This document shows, piece after piece, positions 16,781 to 27,049 of a stretch of DNA of 64,000 nucleotides. Positions within the stretch are counted from its first letter, which is position 1; every line of letters begins with the position of its first letter. A program made the translations under genes and the position numbers. The notes under the pieces were generated by a model. It was not told where the DNA came from. It ran no database searches and saw only the letters and a list, made by a program, of their open reading frames with translations. The stretch is from an uncultured Planctomycetia bacterium (GTDB lineage Bacteria; Omnitrophota; Gorgyraeia; JABMRG01): contig CAZWMG010000006.1 in the NCBI GenBank assembly GCA_964634945.1, forward strand, positions 736-64,735. Reading direction: 5' to 3'.

Positions 16781-18238
16781 ATGGAAAAGGCAGCTGTTGT
16801 GGATACAAGTACTACAGGCGGCATAGATATTGAAGATATAATGCAGAAGGCCTCTTTTGCCTCTGCTATATTTAGTCAGTTGAGCCAGGAGCATACAGAC
16901 CGCATTGTCAAGGCTGTATATGAGGCCGGATTTAAGAATAGAATTAAACTTGCAAAGATGGCTCATGAGGAGACAAAATTGGGCGTCTGGGAAGATAAGG
17001 TAATAAAAAACGTTGTCGCGACACAGTTTGTGTATGAAGACATAAAGAACCTTAAGACAGTAGGTGTTATCTCTGATGATGAAGAGAAAGGCATTATAGA
17101 GATCGCACAGCCGATAGGGCCCATCTTCGCGTTAATCCCTACGACCAATCCTACTTCAACTGTAATGTTTAAGATACTTATAGCACTAAAAACAAGAAAC
17201 CCTATCATTATAAGCCCCCACCACAGGGCAATGAAGTGCTCCAATGAAACAGCGCGCTTATGTTACGAGGCAGCGTTAAAGGAAGACGCGCCACAGGATT
17301 GCATACAATGGCTCGAAGCAAAGTCATCGGAAGGTACCCGCGCGTTAATGAAACACAAAAAACTTGCTCTTGTTCTTGCCACAGGAGGATCAAGCCTTGT
17401 CGGAGCGGCCTACAGCTCAGGTACGCCTGCTATAGGTGTTGGGCCTGGTAATGTGCCTGCCTACATCGGAGAAACAGCTGATGTAGGTTTCGCAATAGAG
17501 CAGATATTCGCATCAAAGACATTTGACAACGGCACTGTATGCGCCAGCGAACAATCTATTGTAGTAGATAAATCTCATGCTGAAAAGGCTAAAAAAGAGA
17601 TCGAAAAACGAAAGGGTTATTTCCTCTCTGATGATGAGATAAAACGCGTTGAGGCAGTAGCGTTTGATCAAGAACGCGGTTTAATGAATGCCGCTATAGT
17701 AGGCCAGTCCGCGGCCTATATCGCTAAACTAGCGAATATCGACGCACCCTCTGATGTGCGCCTGCTCATAGCGCCCCTTAAAGGCATAGGCAAAGACTAC
17801 CCCCTCTCTTCTGAGGTTCTCGCGCCAATACTGGCTTACTACATTGCTAATGATTTTGAACATGCTGTAAATCTATGCATAGACTTGAATTTTCACGGCG
17901 GCATAGGACATACTGTAAGCATCTATTCCAATGATGATAAAAAGATCAGAGAATTTGCCTTTGTTATGAACGCGGGGCGCATTGTAGTTAATACCCCTTC
18001 TTCTCAAGGCGCTGTGGGAGGTTTATACAACACCCTTCACCCATCATTTACATTGGGCTGCGGAAGCGGCGGTAAAAATATTACTACAGACAATATAACG
18101 GCAAGGCATCTACTCAATATCCAGCGCATCGCGCGCAGACGCGTTAATAGGCGCCTGGAAAAGTTTGATAAGAGCCTCTATTTTAACGAATCTATCGACA
18201 CAAAAACGCTTGAAGATGAGTTTAACCGCAACTACTAA
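16781..18238 (+). CDS. CoA-acylating aldehyde dehydrogenase (EutE/PduP/AdhE-N family)
   Basis: 'ATGGSSLVGAAYSSGTPAIGVGPGNVP' and the catalytic 'GTVCASEQS' (CxSEQ) are characteristic of this family. RBS 'aaaaagggag' precedes the ATG. Confidence 0.75.
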   Translation: MEKAAVVDTSTTGGIDIEDIMQKASFASAIFSQLSQEHTDRIVKAVYEAGFKNRIKLAKMAHEETKLGVWEDKVIKNVVATQFVYEDIKNLKTVGVISDDEEKGIIEIAQPIGPIFALIPTTNPTSTVMFKILIALKTRNPIIISPHHRAMKCSNETARLCYEAALKEDAPQDCIQWLEAKSSEGTRALMKHKKLALVLATGGSSLVGAAYSSGTPAIGVGPGNVPAYIGETADVGFAIEQIFASKTFDNGTVCASEQSIVVDKSHAEKAKKEIEKRKGYFLSDDEIKRVEAVAFDQERGLMNAAIVGQSAAYIAKLANIDAPSDVRLLIAPLKGIGKDYPLSSEVLAPILAYYIANDFEHAVNLCIDLNFHGGIGHTVSIYSNDDKKIREFAFVMNAGRIVVNTPSSQGAVGGLYNTLHPSFTLGCGSGGKNITTDNITARHLLNIQRIARRRVNRRLEKFDKSLYFNESIDTKTLEDEFNRNY

Positions 18239-18258
18239 AAAAGATTAGGAGTAAAGAT

Positions 18259-18552
18259 ATGTTGGAATTTCAATTAGAGGGTGAAAAATTAATCTGCTTA
18301 TTCTTAAGCAACATGGAGACAGAAAACTGCGTTAATTGCGAGCAAGAACTTTTTAAGAAGATACGTGAGGCAAAGCTACCTGTTGTCTTTGATCTAAAAG
18401 AAGTAAGTTATATAGCATCGATGTTTCTTAGCATGTGTCTGATGGCTAAAAAGGAACCTGATGTTCAGGATTTTTTATTGATTAATGTACAACCAAATGT
18501 TAAGAAAGTATTTAAGATCGCGGGAGTTGATAAACATCTTTCTATTCAATGA
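18259..18552 (+). CDS. STAS-domain protein (anti-sigma-factor antagonist-like)
   Basis: 97-aa protein. 'VVFDLKEVSYIASMFLSMCLMAKKE...LINVQPNVKKVFKIAG' fits the SpoIIAA-like STAS pattern. Confidence 0.5.
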   Translation: MLEFQLEGEKLICLFLSNMETENCVNCEQELFKKIREAKLPVVFDLKEVSYIASMFLSMCLMAKKEPDVQDFLLINVQPNVKKVFKIAGVDKHLSIQ

Positions 18553-18559
18553 GGTAGAG

Positions 18560-18758
18560 GCAAAGGATAAATCCTAAACTCTAATATCTAAATCTTAAAC
18601 AAATTCAAAATTTTAATTTTCAAATGTTCAAAACTTTTGTTTTGAACATTTGATTTTTGATAATTTGATATTGTTTAGAGATTAGAACTTAAGATTTAGA
18701 ATTTAAGGATTATGCTTGCTAAGCAATTCTTACCACTTAATTCTTACAACTAAACGCG
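18560..18758. repeat. MITE-like palindromic intergenic repeat, copy A
   Basis: 'aaatcctaaactctaatatctaaatcttaaac...caaatgttcaaaacttttgttttgaacatttg...tttagagattagaacttaagatttag' has terminal and central inverted symmetry. Related copies occur at ~49.2, 51.4, 53.6 and 57.7 kb. Confidence 0.75.
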
Positions 18759-18782
18759 GGAATCTTCCCTATTAAAAACTTC

Positions 18783-19283
18783 CTATCTGTAATTATTGAA
18801 ATGAAGTGGTATAGAAAAATCCAGATCCTTTAAATGCTGCATAACGGACTGTAAATCATCCTTTTTAGGGGCAAACACTCTTACCTTCTCCCCTTCAATC
18901 TGTGACTGTACCTTTAATCCAAGGTTCTTAATAATCTTTACAAGCTCTCTTGCTTTTTCCTTCTCAATGCCTGTGGTAATCAACGCCTCTAGCTTTAAAT
19001 GCCCGCTGAAGACCTTTTCCGGTTCTGAAAAATCAAGCGCCTTTGGCGATATTCCTCTTTTTACTATCCTTGTAAGGACTATGTCTTTTAATGAGCGGAG
19101 TTTAAAATCATCAGGCGTAACCAGGGTTATCTTTTTCTCCTCACGATTATACTCTATTGTAGATTTTGAACCCTTAAAATCATATCTATTTCCGAGCTCT
19201 TTCTTTGCCTGCTGTATAGCGTTATCAACCTCCTGCATATCTACGTCTGAAACTATATCAAATGAAAATTTTTCCTTTGCCAT
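18783..19283 (-). CDS. yajQ: YajQ-family nucleotide-binding protein (UPF0234/DUF520)
   Basis: 'MAKEKFSFDIVSDVDMQEVDNAIQQAKKELGNRYDFKGS' is the characteristic YajQ N-terminus. Length is 166 aa. Confidence 0.8.
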   Translation of the reverse strand: MAKEKFSFDIVSDVDMQEVDNAIQQAKKELGNRYDFKGSKSTIEYNREEKKITLVTPDDFKLRSLKDIVLTRIVKRGISPKALDFSEPEKVFSGHLKLEALITTGIEKEKARELVKIIKNLGLKVQSQIEGEKVRVFAPKKDDLQSVMQHLKDLDFSIPLHFNNYR

Positions 19284-19303
19284 ATTTTTACTCCTTTAGC
19301 TCT

Positions 19304-20377
19304 TTATAAATTAAACCTTATATCAAGAAGATCCCCATCCTCGACAATATAATCTTTTCCCTTTAAATATGCCTTTCCTGATTCCTTAACCTTTGCCTCG
19401 CTTCCTAATGAGATAAGGTCGTCATATTTTATAACCTCGGCGCGTATAAAACCTTTTTGCAGGTCAGTATGTATGGCACCCGCGGCTTCCGGTGCTGATG
19501 ACCCTGCAACTACGGTCCATTGACGCACCTCATCGGGGCCGACAGTAAAAAATGATATCAGGTTAAGCGCTTTTATGCATAACCTTGTCATTACATTAGC
19601 GGCAGGCTCCTTTATGCCAAGCGCCTGCAAGAACTCTTCTCTTTCCTGCTCTGTCTCAAGAGACGCTATCTCAGATTCTACCTTAGCGCAGGCAGGCATT
19701 ATATAAAGGTCGGCATCCTTATACCTCTCTTGCATATCTTTTATTATAGAATTATTTAATATATCATTCTCTGAAACATTAATAATGATAAGCATCTTTT
19801 TAAATGTTACAAACGGATAACTTGATATCAGTTTTTTCTCATCAGCATCGAGGATTAGCAACCTTAGAGGCAGATTCTTATCAAGATGCTCCTTTATCTT
19901 TAAAAGGAGCGCTTTCTCTTTTATGGATTGCGCGTCATTAAGCTTTTTGATACTCTTATCAAGGCGCTCAAGACGCTTTTCAATAAAAAGCATGTCATGC
20001 AGTATCAGCTCTGAGTTAATATTATCTATATCTCGAGAAGCATCAACAGAACCATCGATATGATAAACCGAGTCATCCGCAAAAGACCTAACGACATGAG
20101 CTATGGCATCCATCTCAGCGATATCCTTGAATATATCCCCCTTTGCTATGGTGTCCTTCTCGATCTTAGGAAGCATCTCTATCTCTACCCTTGCCCTGAC
20201 ATTCTTTTTTGGATTATACATATCAGAGAGTATATCAAATCTAGGATCTTTGATCTGGGCTATATTTTTTATCGGCTTTCCCGATACAATATCCTTCTCT
20301 GTCAACTCATGACCGGTGAGTATCTGAAAAAATGTCTTTTTGCCTGTCTGCGGTAGACCTATTATACCTATCTTCAA
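19304..20377 (-). CDS. ychF: redox-regulated ATPase YchF (Obg-like GTPase family)
   Basis: 'MKIGIIGLPQTGKKTFFQILT' is the G1 motif. The TGS-like C-terminus and 357-aa length fit YchF. Confidence 0.85.
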   Translation of the reverse strand: MKIGIIGLPQTGKKTFFQILTGHELTEKDIVSGKPIKNIAQIKDPRFDILSDMYNPKKNVRARVEIEMLPKIEKDTIAKGDIFKDIAEMDAIAHVVRSFADDSVYHIDGSVDASRDIDNINSELILHDMLFIEKRLERLDKSIKKLNDAQSIKEKALLLKIKEHLDKNLPLRLLILDADEKKLISSYPFVTFKKMLIIINVSENDILNNSIIKDMQERYKDADLYIMPACAKVESEIASLETEQEREEFLQALGIKEPAANVMTRLCIKALNLISFFTVGPDEVRQWTVVAGSSAPEAAGAIHTDLQKGFIRAEVIKYDDLISLGSEAKVKESGKAYLKGKDYIVEDGDLLDIRFNL

Positions 20378-20424
20378 GTAAGTATCCTTTTACCTTTAAT
20401 ATCGTTTTGGCGTAATTCAAAAGC

Positions 20425-22533
20425 TTATTTGGATTCCCTTGCTTCCTTTGCTTTCTTTGCCTCTTCCAGCACTTTCTCTGTCAAAGAATTAGGCGCTTTA
20501 GCGTATTTCTCAAAATGCATCGAGTACCCGGCGCGACCGCTTGTCAATGTGCGTAACGCAGAGGCGTATCCAAACATCTCTGAAAGAGGCGCTTCGGCAA
20601 CCACAATCTGCTGGGTCGCCTTTGCCTCCATAGCCATTATCTTTCCGCGTCTTGAGCATATATCACCTGTCACATTTCCCATATACTCTTCAGGGGTGGT
20701 TATCTCAACGGACATCTGCGGCTCCAGAATAACCGGGCCTGATTTTAAAAACGCGGATTTAAAGCATTCAGCACCGGCTATCTTAAACGCCATTTCCGAT
20801 GAATCTACCTCATGATATGAGCCATCGATCAATGTAACCTTTACATCTACAACCGGATATCCGGCATATATACCTCGCTGCATAGCGGCTATTATGCCCT
20901 TTTCTACCGCAGGTATGTATTCCTTTGGTATAGAGCCGCCTTTTATCTGGTTTACAAACTCAAAGCCCTTACCAGCCTCAACCGGTTCGAGAATAATCTC
21001 TACATGTCCGTACTGTCCTCTGCCGCCTGTCTGCTTTGAATGTTTGTAGCTCTCCTTGGTCTGCTTAAAGATCGTCTCTCTGTAAGCAACCTTTGGCGCG
21101 CCAACCTCTGCTTCTACATTAAACTCGTGCTTTAGCCTGTCCACGATAATCTCAAGATGAAGCTCTCCCATGCCTGAGAGTATGACCTCATCGGTCTCCT
21201 CATCTGTCTTGACAGTAAATGTAGGGTCCTCATCCGCTAATCTTATAAGGCCCTTGCTGAGTTTATCTTGGTCTGCCTGACTCTGCGGCTTTATGCTTAG
21301 AGACATAACAGGCGCCGGAAACTCAATAGCCTCCAGCAATATAGGGCTATCTTCAGCGCAGAGGGTATCACCTGTCTTTGTCCTGTCCAGGCCTATAGCA
21401 GCCGCTATATCTCCTGTGAATATATCTTCTCTTATCTCCCTGTCATTGGCGTGCATCTGCAGTATCCTGCCGACTCTCTCTTTTTTGCCTCTTGTAGCAT
21501 TCAATACATACGAACCTGCTTTTAATGATCCTGAATAGACCCTGAAATATATCAATTTGCCCATGTGAGGATCAGACTGTACCTTAAACGCGAGCGCTGA
21601 AAAAGGCGCGTCATCATCAGGTTTTCTCTCAAGAGACGCCTCCGGGTCATCAGGGCTGCTTCCCTTGATAGCACTTGTATCAAATGGTGATGGCAAATAA
21701 GTGTTTACCGCGTCAAGAAGCTGTTGTACGCCCTTATTCTTAAATGCTGAACCACAGAGTATAGGAACTATCTTATTGGATATCGTACCTATGCGTATAG
21801 CGTTTATAAGCTCTTCTGGCGTTATAGACTCTTCTGATTCAAGATATTTCTCCATAAGGTTATCACATAGCTCGACCGCCTTCTCAACCATAATATGATG
21901 ATATTCCTTTGCCTGCTCTTTATAGTCATCAGGGATATCCTCTACCTTAAAGTCCTTACCCGTTGAATCACTATCATATAAATAGGCCTTCATCTCAATA
22001 AGGTCGATAACACCCTTAAAATTGTCTTCCGCCCCTATAGGAATCTGCAAGGGTATAACATGAGCGCCTAAGTCTTTCTTTATAGCCTCTTTCACAGCAA
22101 AAAAATCAGCTCCTACGCGATCCATCTTATTTATAAACGCGAGCTTTGGTACAGCGTATTTATCAGACTGTCGCCAGACTGTCTCGGATTGCGGCTCAAC
22201 GCCTCCTACAGCGCAAAAGACCGCGACAGCCCCATCTAGGATACGTAATGACCTTTCAACCTCTACTGTAAAATCAACGTGTCCGGGGGTATCGATAATA
22301 TTGATCCTGCAATCCTGCCAGTAACAGGTTGTAGCCGCGGATGTAATAGTAATGCCCCTCTCCTGCTCCTGCTTCATCCAGTCCATCTGCGCGTTACCGT
22401 CATGGACCTCACCTATCTTATGGGATATACCCGTGTAAAATAGTATACGCTCTGTAAGCGTTGTCTTGCCGGCATCGATATGAGCCATTATTCCGATATT
22501 CCTGATATTTTTTAAATCAATAGTCCTTGGCAT
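20425..22533 (-). CDS. fusA: translation elongation factor G
   Basis: '[19 protein letters not shown]...[19 protein letters not shown]...DTPGHVDF' and the 702-aa length match EF-G. It is not linked to rpsL/rpsG here, so it may be an EF-G paralog. Confidence 0.9.
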   Translation of the reverse strand: MPRTIDLKNIRNIGIMAHIDAGKTTLTERILFYTGISHKIGEVHDGNAQMDWMKQEQERGITITSAATTCYWQDCRINIIDTPGHVDFTVEVERSLRILDGAVAVFCAVGGVEPQSETVWRQSDKYAVPKLAFINKMDRVGADFFAVKEAIKKDLGAHVIPLQIPIGAEDNFKGVIDLIEMKAYLYDSDSTGKDFKVEDIPDDYKEQAKEYHHIMVEKAVELCDNLMEKYLESEESITPEELINAIRIGTISNKIVPILCGSAFKNKGVQQLLDAVNTYLPSPFDTSAIKGSSPDDPEASLERKPDDDAPFSALAFKVQSDPHMGKLIYFRVYSGSLKAGSYVLNATRGKKERVGRILQMHANDREIREDIFTGDIAAAIGLDRTKTGDTLCAEDSPILLEAIEFPAPVMSLSIKPQSQADQDKLSKGLIRLADEDPTFTVKTDEETDEVILSGMGELHLEIIVDRLKHEFNVEAEVGAPKVAYRETIFKQTKESYKHSKQTGGRGQYGHVEIILEPVEAGKGFEFVNQIKGGSIPKEYIPAVEKGIIAAMQRGIYAGYPVVDVKVTLIDGSYHEVDSSEMAFKIAGAECFKSAFLKSGPVILEPQMSVEITTPEEYMGNVTGDICSRRGKIMAMEAKATQQIVVAEAPLSEMFGYASALRTLTSGRAGYSMHFEKYAKAPNSLTEKVLEEAKKAKEARESK

Positions 22534-22535
22534 TT

Positions 22536-23900
22536 TTATTGCTCCTTTGTTTGTATTGTAAGAAGGAAGACATCGTCGTCCTGTACCCCTGCCTGAAAAT
22601 CATTAAGTTTTTTCATAAGGGCCTGATTAAATGTTTCTACATCCAAAATATTATGTTCCTGTACAAAATCCTCTAATCGCTTACTGCCAAACTCCTGTTT
22701 CGAGGAATCTCTTGCCTCTATTATTCCGTCAGTAAAGAGTATGAGCCTATCACCCGGGGCAAACGCTATATCATTGTTGTGTATACTGCTGGCGTCCATA
22801 CCTATGCCCATTAAAAAAGTCTGGGGCTGCATCAACACGATAGAATTTTCCTTTGACTGCAATAGTATCTGTGGCGGGTGGCCGTAGTTTGAATATATCA
22901 GCTTGTTGTTTGAAAAATCCAAAAGGCCGCAAAAAGCTGTTAAGAAAAACCCCATCTTTCCAAAGTCTTTATTTATAAATTCATCCAGCTCTTTAAGGAT
23001 GGCACCGGGGGACAAGTCCTCTCCTCTTACAAGCCGTTCTATTTCAGCGTGAACCCTGTTTACCAAAAGCGCTGAACATACGCCATGGCCGGTAACATCC
23101 GCAACTATGAATAATAATTTATCATTATTTATAAAATGGAACTTCGCGTAATCTCCACCCATATAGAACATAGGCTTATACATAACAGCTATGTCAGCAA
23201 GCTTATGGTTGACTGAATGTGGTATTATACTCTTATGTATCTTTTTAGCGAGCTCCAGCTCTTTTGCCATTAAAGCATTCTTCTCATCTATCTCTTTTCC
23301 CGCCGCGAATATCTTTCTTCTGGATATATCCTCACTCGCCTCAGCGACAACAGCGACAAAAACAGCGACAAAGAGCAAGATAGCGTTTATGCTTAATATC
23401 TCAGTGCTTACGAATACATTAGAGGAGATATAGACCGCAAGAAAACTAACTAGCGTAAAGATGCCTATAATAACCGCCTCTATAAAGCCCCATGGTAGAA
23501 GCAATATAGTCATAAATAGCGCTATAAGCACAAGCCCAATGCCCATGAAAGACATTATCTCAGGGTGCGCCGTAACAGCTAATATCGCGATCGCGATCAG
23601 AAGAAAACTAAATATCAATGCCCTTGCCTTCTGATACCATAGTTCTTTTGTTATATTACCCGTTATAAGCGATATTATAGCAAACGCTATTCCGCCGATA
23701 ATACCGGGCATGTCTTTAGCGCTTAATAAATGCTTAAAAAAGATAGATCCAAGCAGGACCTCAATCGAAAATATGGCGATCGTTACATAACAGAATAGGT
23801 TTATCCTTAAATGAAAAAGCTTCGCAAGTTCTTGTTTATACTCTTTCTTGAACCTGTCAGGTATTATCGCTTTTATCATGATATCATCCTTTGGTTTCAA
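22536..23900 (-). CDS. membrane-anchored PP2C-type Ser phosphatase (SpoIIE/RsbU-like)
   Basis: N-terminal multi-TM region followed by '[40 protein letters not shown]...' and '[11 protein letters not shown]', the PP2C/SpoIIE motifs. Confidence 0.7.
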   Translation of the reverse strand: MKPKDDIMIKAIIPDRFKKEYKQELAKLFHLRINLFCYVTIAIFSIEVLLGSIFFKHLLSAKDMPGIIGGIAFAIISLITGNITKELWYQKARALIFSFLLIAIAILAVTAHPEIMSFMGIGLVLIALFMTILLLPWGFIEAVIIGIFTLVSFLAVYISSNVFVSTEILSINAILLFVAVFVAVVAEASEDISRRKIFAAGKEIDEKNALMAKELELAKKIHKSIIPHSVNHKLADIAVMYKPMFYMGGDYAKFHFINNDKLLFIVADVTGHGVCSALLVNRVHAEIERLVRGEDLSPGAILKELDEFINKDFGKMGFFLTAFCGLLDFSNNKLIYSNYGHPPQILLQSKENSIVLMQPQTFLMGIGMDASSIHNNDIAFAPGDRLILFTDGIIEARDSSKQEFGSKRLEDFVQEHNILDVETFNQALMKKLNDFQAGVQDDDVFLLTIQTKEQ

Positions 23901-24648
23901 TTAATACTTTTATAGATGTCGGGCTGCTCTCCGGGCCCTTATACTTTAACCAAGCGAAATCGCCTTGTGCCAAATGCCAGGTATATGCCTTTGGCAGGAA
24001 AACCTTAAATATGCTTAAAAGCCCAAGATTAGGATCAAGGCATATCTTATAAGCGGGCAATTTCTTATTATGAATATCTATGACCTCCTCATTAATCACC
24101 TTAATATCTACCACTAGTAGACTCGGTTCAGCGGTCAATAGGTCCACCCTCTTTTCTCTGATACCATTATTTAGCAATTTCTGCAGGTAAAGAGAAAGTG
24201 CCAGCCTATTTATCGGGTCAGAGGAAAAATTAAACTCTCTCGATGTTTCACGGTCTTTAACCTTGTCCTTCTTTGTACATAATATTTTTTTATCAATATA
24301 ATCGAATTCCTGCGTCTCTATAGCAAGTAATTCCTTCGCCTTATTAAAAACTCGCTTTTCTACCCTGATCGGGCTTATAGTATCTTTAGTGCTCTTAAAC
24401 CGCAATACAGATGCCCATGATACCTCATCTTCAAAACCGCTATAATAACCCATACCGTCTTCTGTTAATATGAATATGTCGTCAGGGTCACCTTTAAGGT
24501 GTTTAATAACAGCTTTCGCGCTCCACCTTGGATTGCCCTCCAAATCTGTGCAAAAATAACTTGTGTTGAAATTCGTATCAATATCAGAAAAACACGCAGG
24601 CGCTGATAATAATACGATACAAGCAATCAGTGTAATTATTTTCAACAT
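23884..24648 (-). CDS. secreted hypothetical protein
   Basis: Signal peptide 'MLKIITLIACIVLLSAPACFSD'. No recognisable domain. Confidence 0.4.
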   Translation of the reverse strand: MLKIITLIACIVLLSAPACFSDIDTNFNTSYFCTDLEGNPRWSAKAVIKHLKGDPDDIFILTEDGMGYYSGFEDEVSWASVLRFKSTKDTISPIRVEKRVFNKAKELLAIETQEFDYIDKKILCTKKDKVKDRETSREFNFSSDPINRLALSLYLQKLLNNGIREKRVDLLTAEPSLLVVDIKVINEEVIDIHNKKLPAYKICLDPNLGLLSIFKVFLPKAYTWHLAQGDFAWLKYKGPESSPTSIKVLIETKG

Positions 24649-24856
24649 AAGGCCTCCTGTTAACTCTCATACAATGCCTGGTACTTATAAATAAAAAATC
24701 CTTCGACTGGTCAACCATACCACCAAAAGAAGGACGAGCATTCTTATTTGTGTATAAGTGTGAGTATATTATACTATTTGTACTAATATGTCAAGGCGAT
24801 ATTTGCAATTAAACGCTCTGTTCATTTCGTCGTGCGTTGTGTGCTGTGTGTTACTT

Positions 24857-24904
24857 CAAGACCGGTTCTCAAGCACAACCGGTTGTGCTTGAGAACCGGT
24901 CTTG
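24857..24904. promoter_or_regulatory. perfect 48-bp palindrome in a divergent promoter region
   Basis: 'caagaccggttctcaagcacaacc|ggttgtgcttgagaaccggtcttg' sits between the divergent gene starts at 24648 (-) and 24945 (+). Confidence 0.5.
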
Positions 24905-24944
24905 AATATAGTATAATGCATGAAGAAAAGATTGGAGGTTTGAT

Positions 24945-25502
24945 ATGAGAAAAACAGCGATTGTAGTATTAGCGGATGGATTTGAAGAGATAGAGGCTAT
25001 AACAATAATCAATGCACTACGAAGAGCGGGCATTAAGGTCACTATCTGCGGGCTTGATACCGATCTAGTTAAAGGGTCCCGCGATATAACTATTAGCGCG
25101 GATAAGTTGCTTGACGAATCTGACGTGGGATCAGAATATGACGCGTGTGTTCTTCCGGGTGGAATGCCGGGCGCTGAAAATCTGGCAAGCTCAGATATGC
25201 TAAAAGAGTTGATAACTAAAATGCACGCGCAAGGAAAGGTCATTGCCGCTATATGCTCATCTCCCGCTTTAGTCCTCTCCTATCTAAACATACTCGATAA
25301 TAAGTCCGCCACATGTTTTCCAGGTATGCGTGGAGATTTCTCAAGCCTAACAACTTACAAAGAAGATAATGTAGTAATCGATGGAAAGATCATAACCAGC
25401 AAGGGGCCGGCTACAGCTATGGAATTTTCTTTATCTATTGTTGAAACTTTATGCGGTAAGGATATCGCTTGTAGGGTAGGCAAATCTTTGCTATATAAAT
25501 AA
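24945..25502 (+). CDS. DJ-1/PfpI (ThiJ) family protein
   Basis: 'IVVLADGFEEIEAITIINALRRAG...DACVLPGGMPGAENL...KVIAAICSSPALVL' carries the DJ-1 nucleophile-elbow Cys context. Confidence 0.8.
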   Translation: MRKTAIVVLADGFEEIEAITIINALRRAGIKVTICGLDTDLVKGSRDITISADKLLDESDVGSEYDACVLPGGMPGAENLASSDMLKELITKMHAQGKVIAAICSSPALVLSYLNILDNKSATCFPGMRGDFSSLTTYKEDNVVIDGKIITSKGPATAMEFSLSIVETLCGKDIACRVGKSLLYK

Positions 25503-25511
25503 CACTTATGC

Positions 25512-25757
25512 TTAAACGGAACGCTTAATAGCGCTTTGTACTGCAATAGATCTCGCCGGCGATACCGGCCTTGGACCTAACATAGGTGGCTCTAAAGGCG
25601 GCATTAGAACTTTTAAATTAACCTTGTGTTTTTGTGGTTTTAGCCAATCTTTATCGGGTTTTGATATTGCTGTTGAGGTAGGCCTAAGTGAAAATGCTTG
25701 TTGAGGCATGGCAAGGATAAGCGTAATGAACAATATGGCTATTGTATTTACTCTCAT
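25512..25757 (-). CDS. small secreted hypothetical protein
   Basis: Signal peptide 'MRVNTIAILFITLILAMPQQAFS' followed by a Pro-rich remainder. Confidence 0.3.
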   Translation of the reverse strand: MRVNTIAILFITLILAMPQQAFSLRPTSTAISKPDKDWLKPQKHKVNLKVLMPPLEPPMLGPRPVSPARSIAVQSAIKRSV

Positions 25758-25861
25758 CCAGTAAGTCCTTTTTTAGGTTTAACTGCATGACAAGTTTTAT
25801 CATTATATAATAAAGGCACTTATTATATTACAGTAATTAGAGTCCTGTGTCAATAAGATAC

Positions 25862-27034
25862 CTATCGGTTTCTTCTTCGATATAACCCCTTCTTTTTGCG
25901 GATAACTTTTGACCCTTCTATCGGATAACCCGCTTCCTTCCATTGGCTAAACCCGCCAAGAAAGACCCTTACTAATCCTTTTTTAAAACCGCTTTTTATA
26001 AGTATGCTGGCAGCAGCTGAACTTGACTCACATTCAAAACCGTCGCAGTATAATATAAGATTTTGAGACCTTGGTATTGATTTAACGCTTCTCTCTATTT
26101 CTGAAAGAGGGACATTTACAGCGCCTTTTATATGAGACTCTCTGTACGCCTGCCTATCTCTGACATCTACCCATTGGGTCTCCTTGTTGAATAACTTATA
26201 ATAGTGCTCATACGCCTCTTCCAGGTCTATTGCTATCCCTTCTTCAGACGGTAAGAGCCTTGGCCCCATAATAATAGGGTAGCCTTTATTGGCCCAGTCA
26301 GATATGCCGCCATCCATATTGTATGCCTTGTAGCCTAATTTTCTAAGCTTAGAGGTAACATAGCTTGACCTTGTCCCACTTCCACAATAAACGACTATCA
26401 AAGTGCGCTTGCTTATATTTCTTACAAGATCCTTGAGCTCATCGGCATTGCTGAGTTTACTTCTGGCAAAACGTATTGAGTTAGGTATATATTTATGGCC
26501 ATACTCGCTCTTTTCTCTAACATCAAACATTATAACCTGATGCCCCTTTGAGATGCGTTCATTTACCTCATCAGCGTCCATATGAGGTATAGATGATACA
26601 ACACCCGCGGGCAAAGCAACGCGCTTCTTTTTCACAAAAGGTTTATTGGGGTCACGTTCTATGATTAGTGCTTTTGTAGGGATCTTTAATTGGGGATTCG
26701 CGATATCATTTGAAAGGATAGTAATATATTTCTTATCAGCGCCCTCCATCTTGCGAGAGGCATTACAGACAACATCCAAGGCCGCCTTACCACCGGGCGC
26801 AATCTGCCAGGATGATACATCTTTTACGCTATAACCGCAACAGGTATGTATCTTATCAATAACAAGATCTTCAAAACCAATATTCTTTACATAAAAGACC
26901 TTGGCCTTTGCTTCGCCTTGTCTTACCCTGCCAAAATCCCATTCTTTGGATACAACTTTTAATTCAGGGCCTGTTTGAGCAAAGGCTACTGACGCGCAAA
27001 GCAGTATTGTAAGCATTACTGCCGCATACTTCAT
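25862..27034 (-). CDS. DUF1573-like beta-sandwich domain fused to tandem rhodanese (sulfurtransferase) domains
   Basis: After the signal peptide comes 'ELKVVSKEWDFGRVRQGE...FYVKNIG...L.I' (DUF1573-like). Two rhodanese modules follow, with active-site Cys loops 'VVYCGSGTRSS' and 'ILYCDGFECESS'. Confidence 0.7.
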   Translation of the reverse strand: MKYAAVMLTILLCASVAFAQTGPELKVVSKEWDFGRVRQGEAKAKVFYVKNIGFEDLVIDKIHTCCGYSVKDVSSWQIAPGGKAALDVVCNASRKMEGADKKYITILSNDIANPQLKIPTKALIIERDPNKPFVKKKRVALPAGVVSSIPHMDADEVNERISKGHQVIMFDVREKSEYGHKYIPNSIRFARSKLSNADELKDLVRNISKRTLIVVYCGSGTRSSYVTSKLRKLGYKAYNMDGGISDWANKGYPIIMGPRLLPSEEGIAIDLEEAYEHYYKLFNKETQWVDVRDRQAYRESHIKGAVNVPLSEIERSVKSIPRSQNLILYCDGFECESSSAAASILIKSGFKKGLVRVFLGGFSQWKEAGYPIEGSKVIRKKKGLYRRRNR

Positions 27035-27049
27035 ATATTCATATAATAA

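Noticed and set aside
16688-16966. 92-aa minus-strand ORF overlapping the start of the aldehyde dehydrogenase gene
   Set aside because: It lies antisense to a well-supported gene and its promoter/RBS region, and shows no motif or RBS.
20425-22533. EF-G as part of the canonical str operon
   Set aside because: No rpsL, rpsG or tuf are adjacent; it is flanked by ychF and a PP2C phosphatase. I keep the EF-G call but note it may be a second EF-G paralog. This cannot be settled without the rest of the genome.
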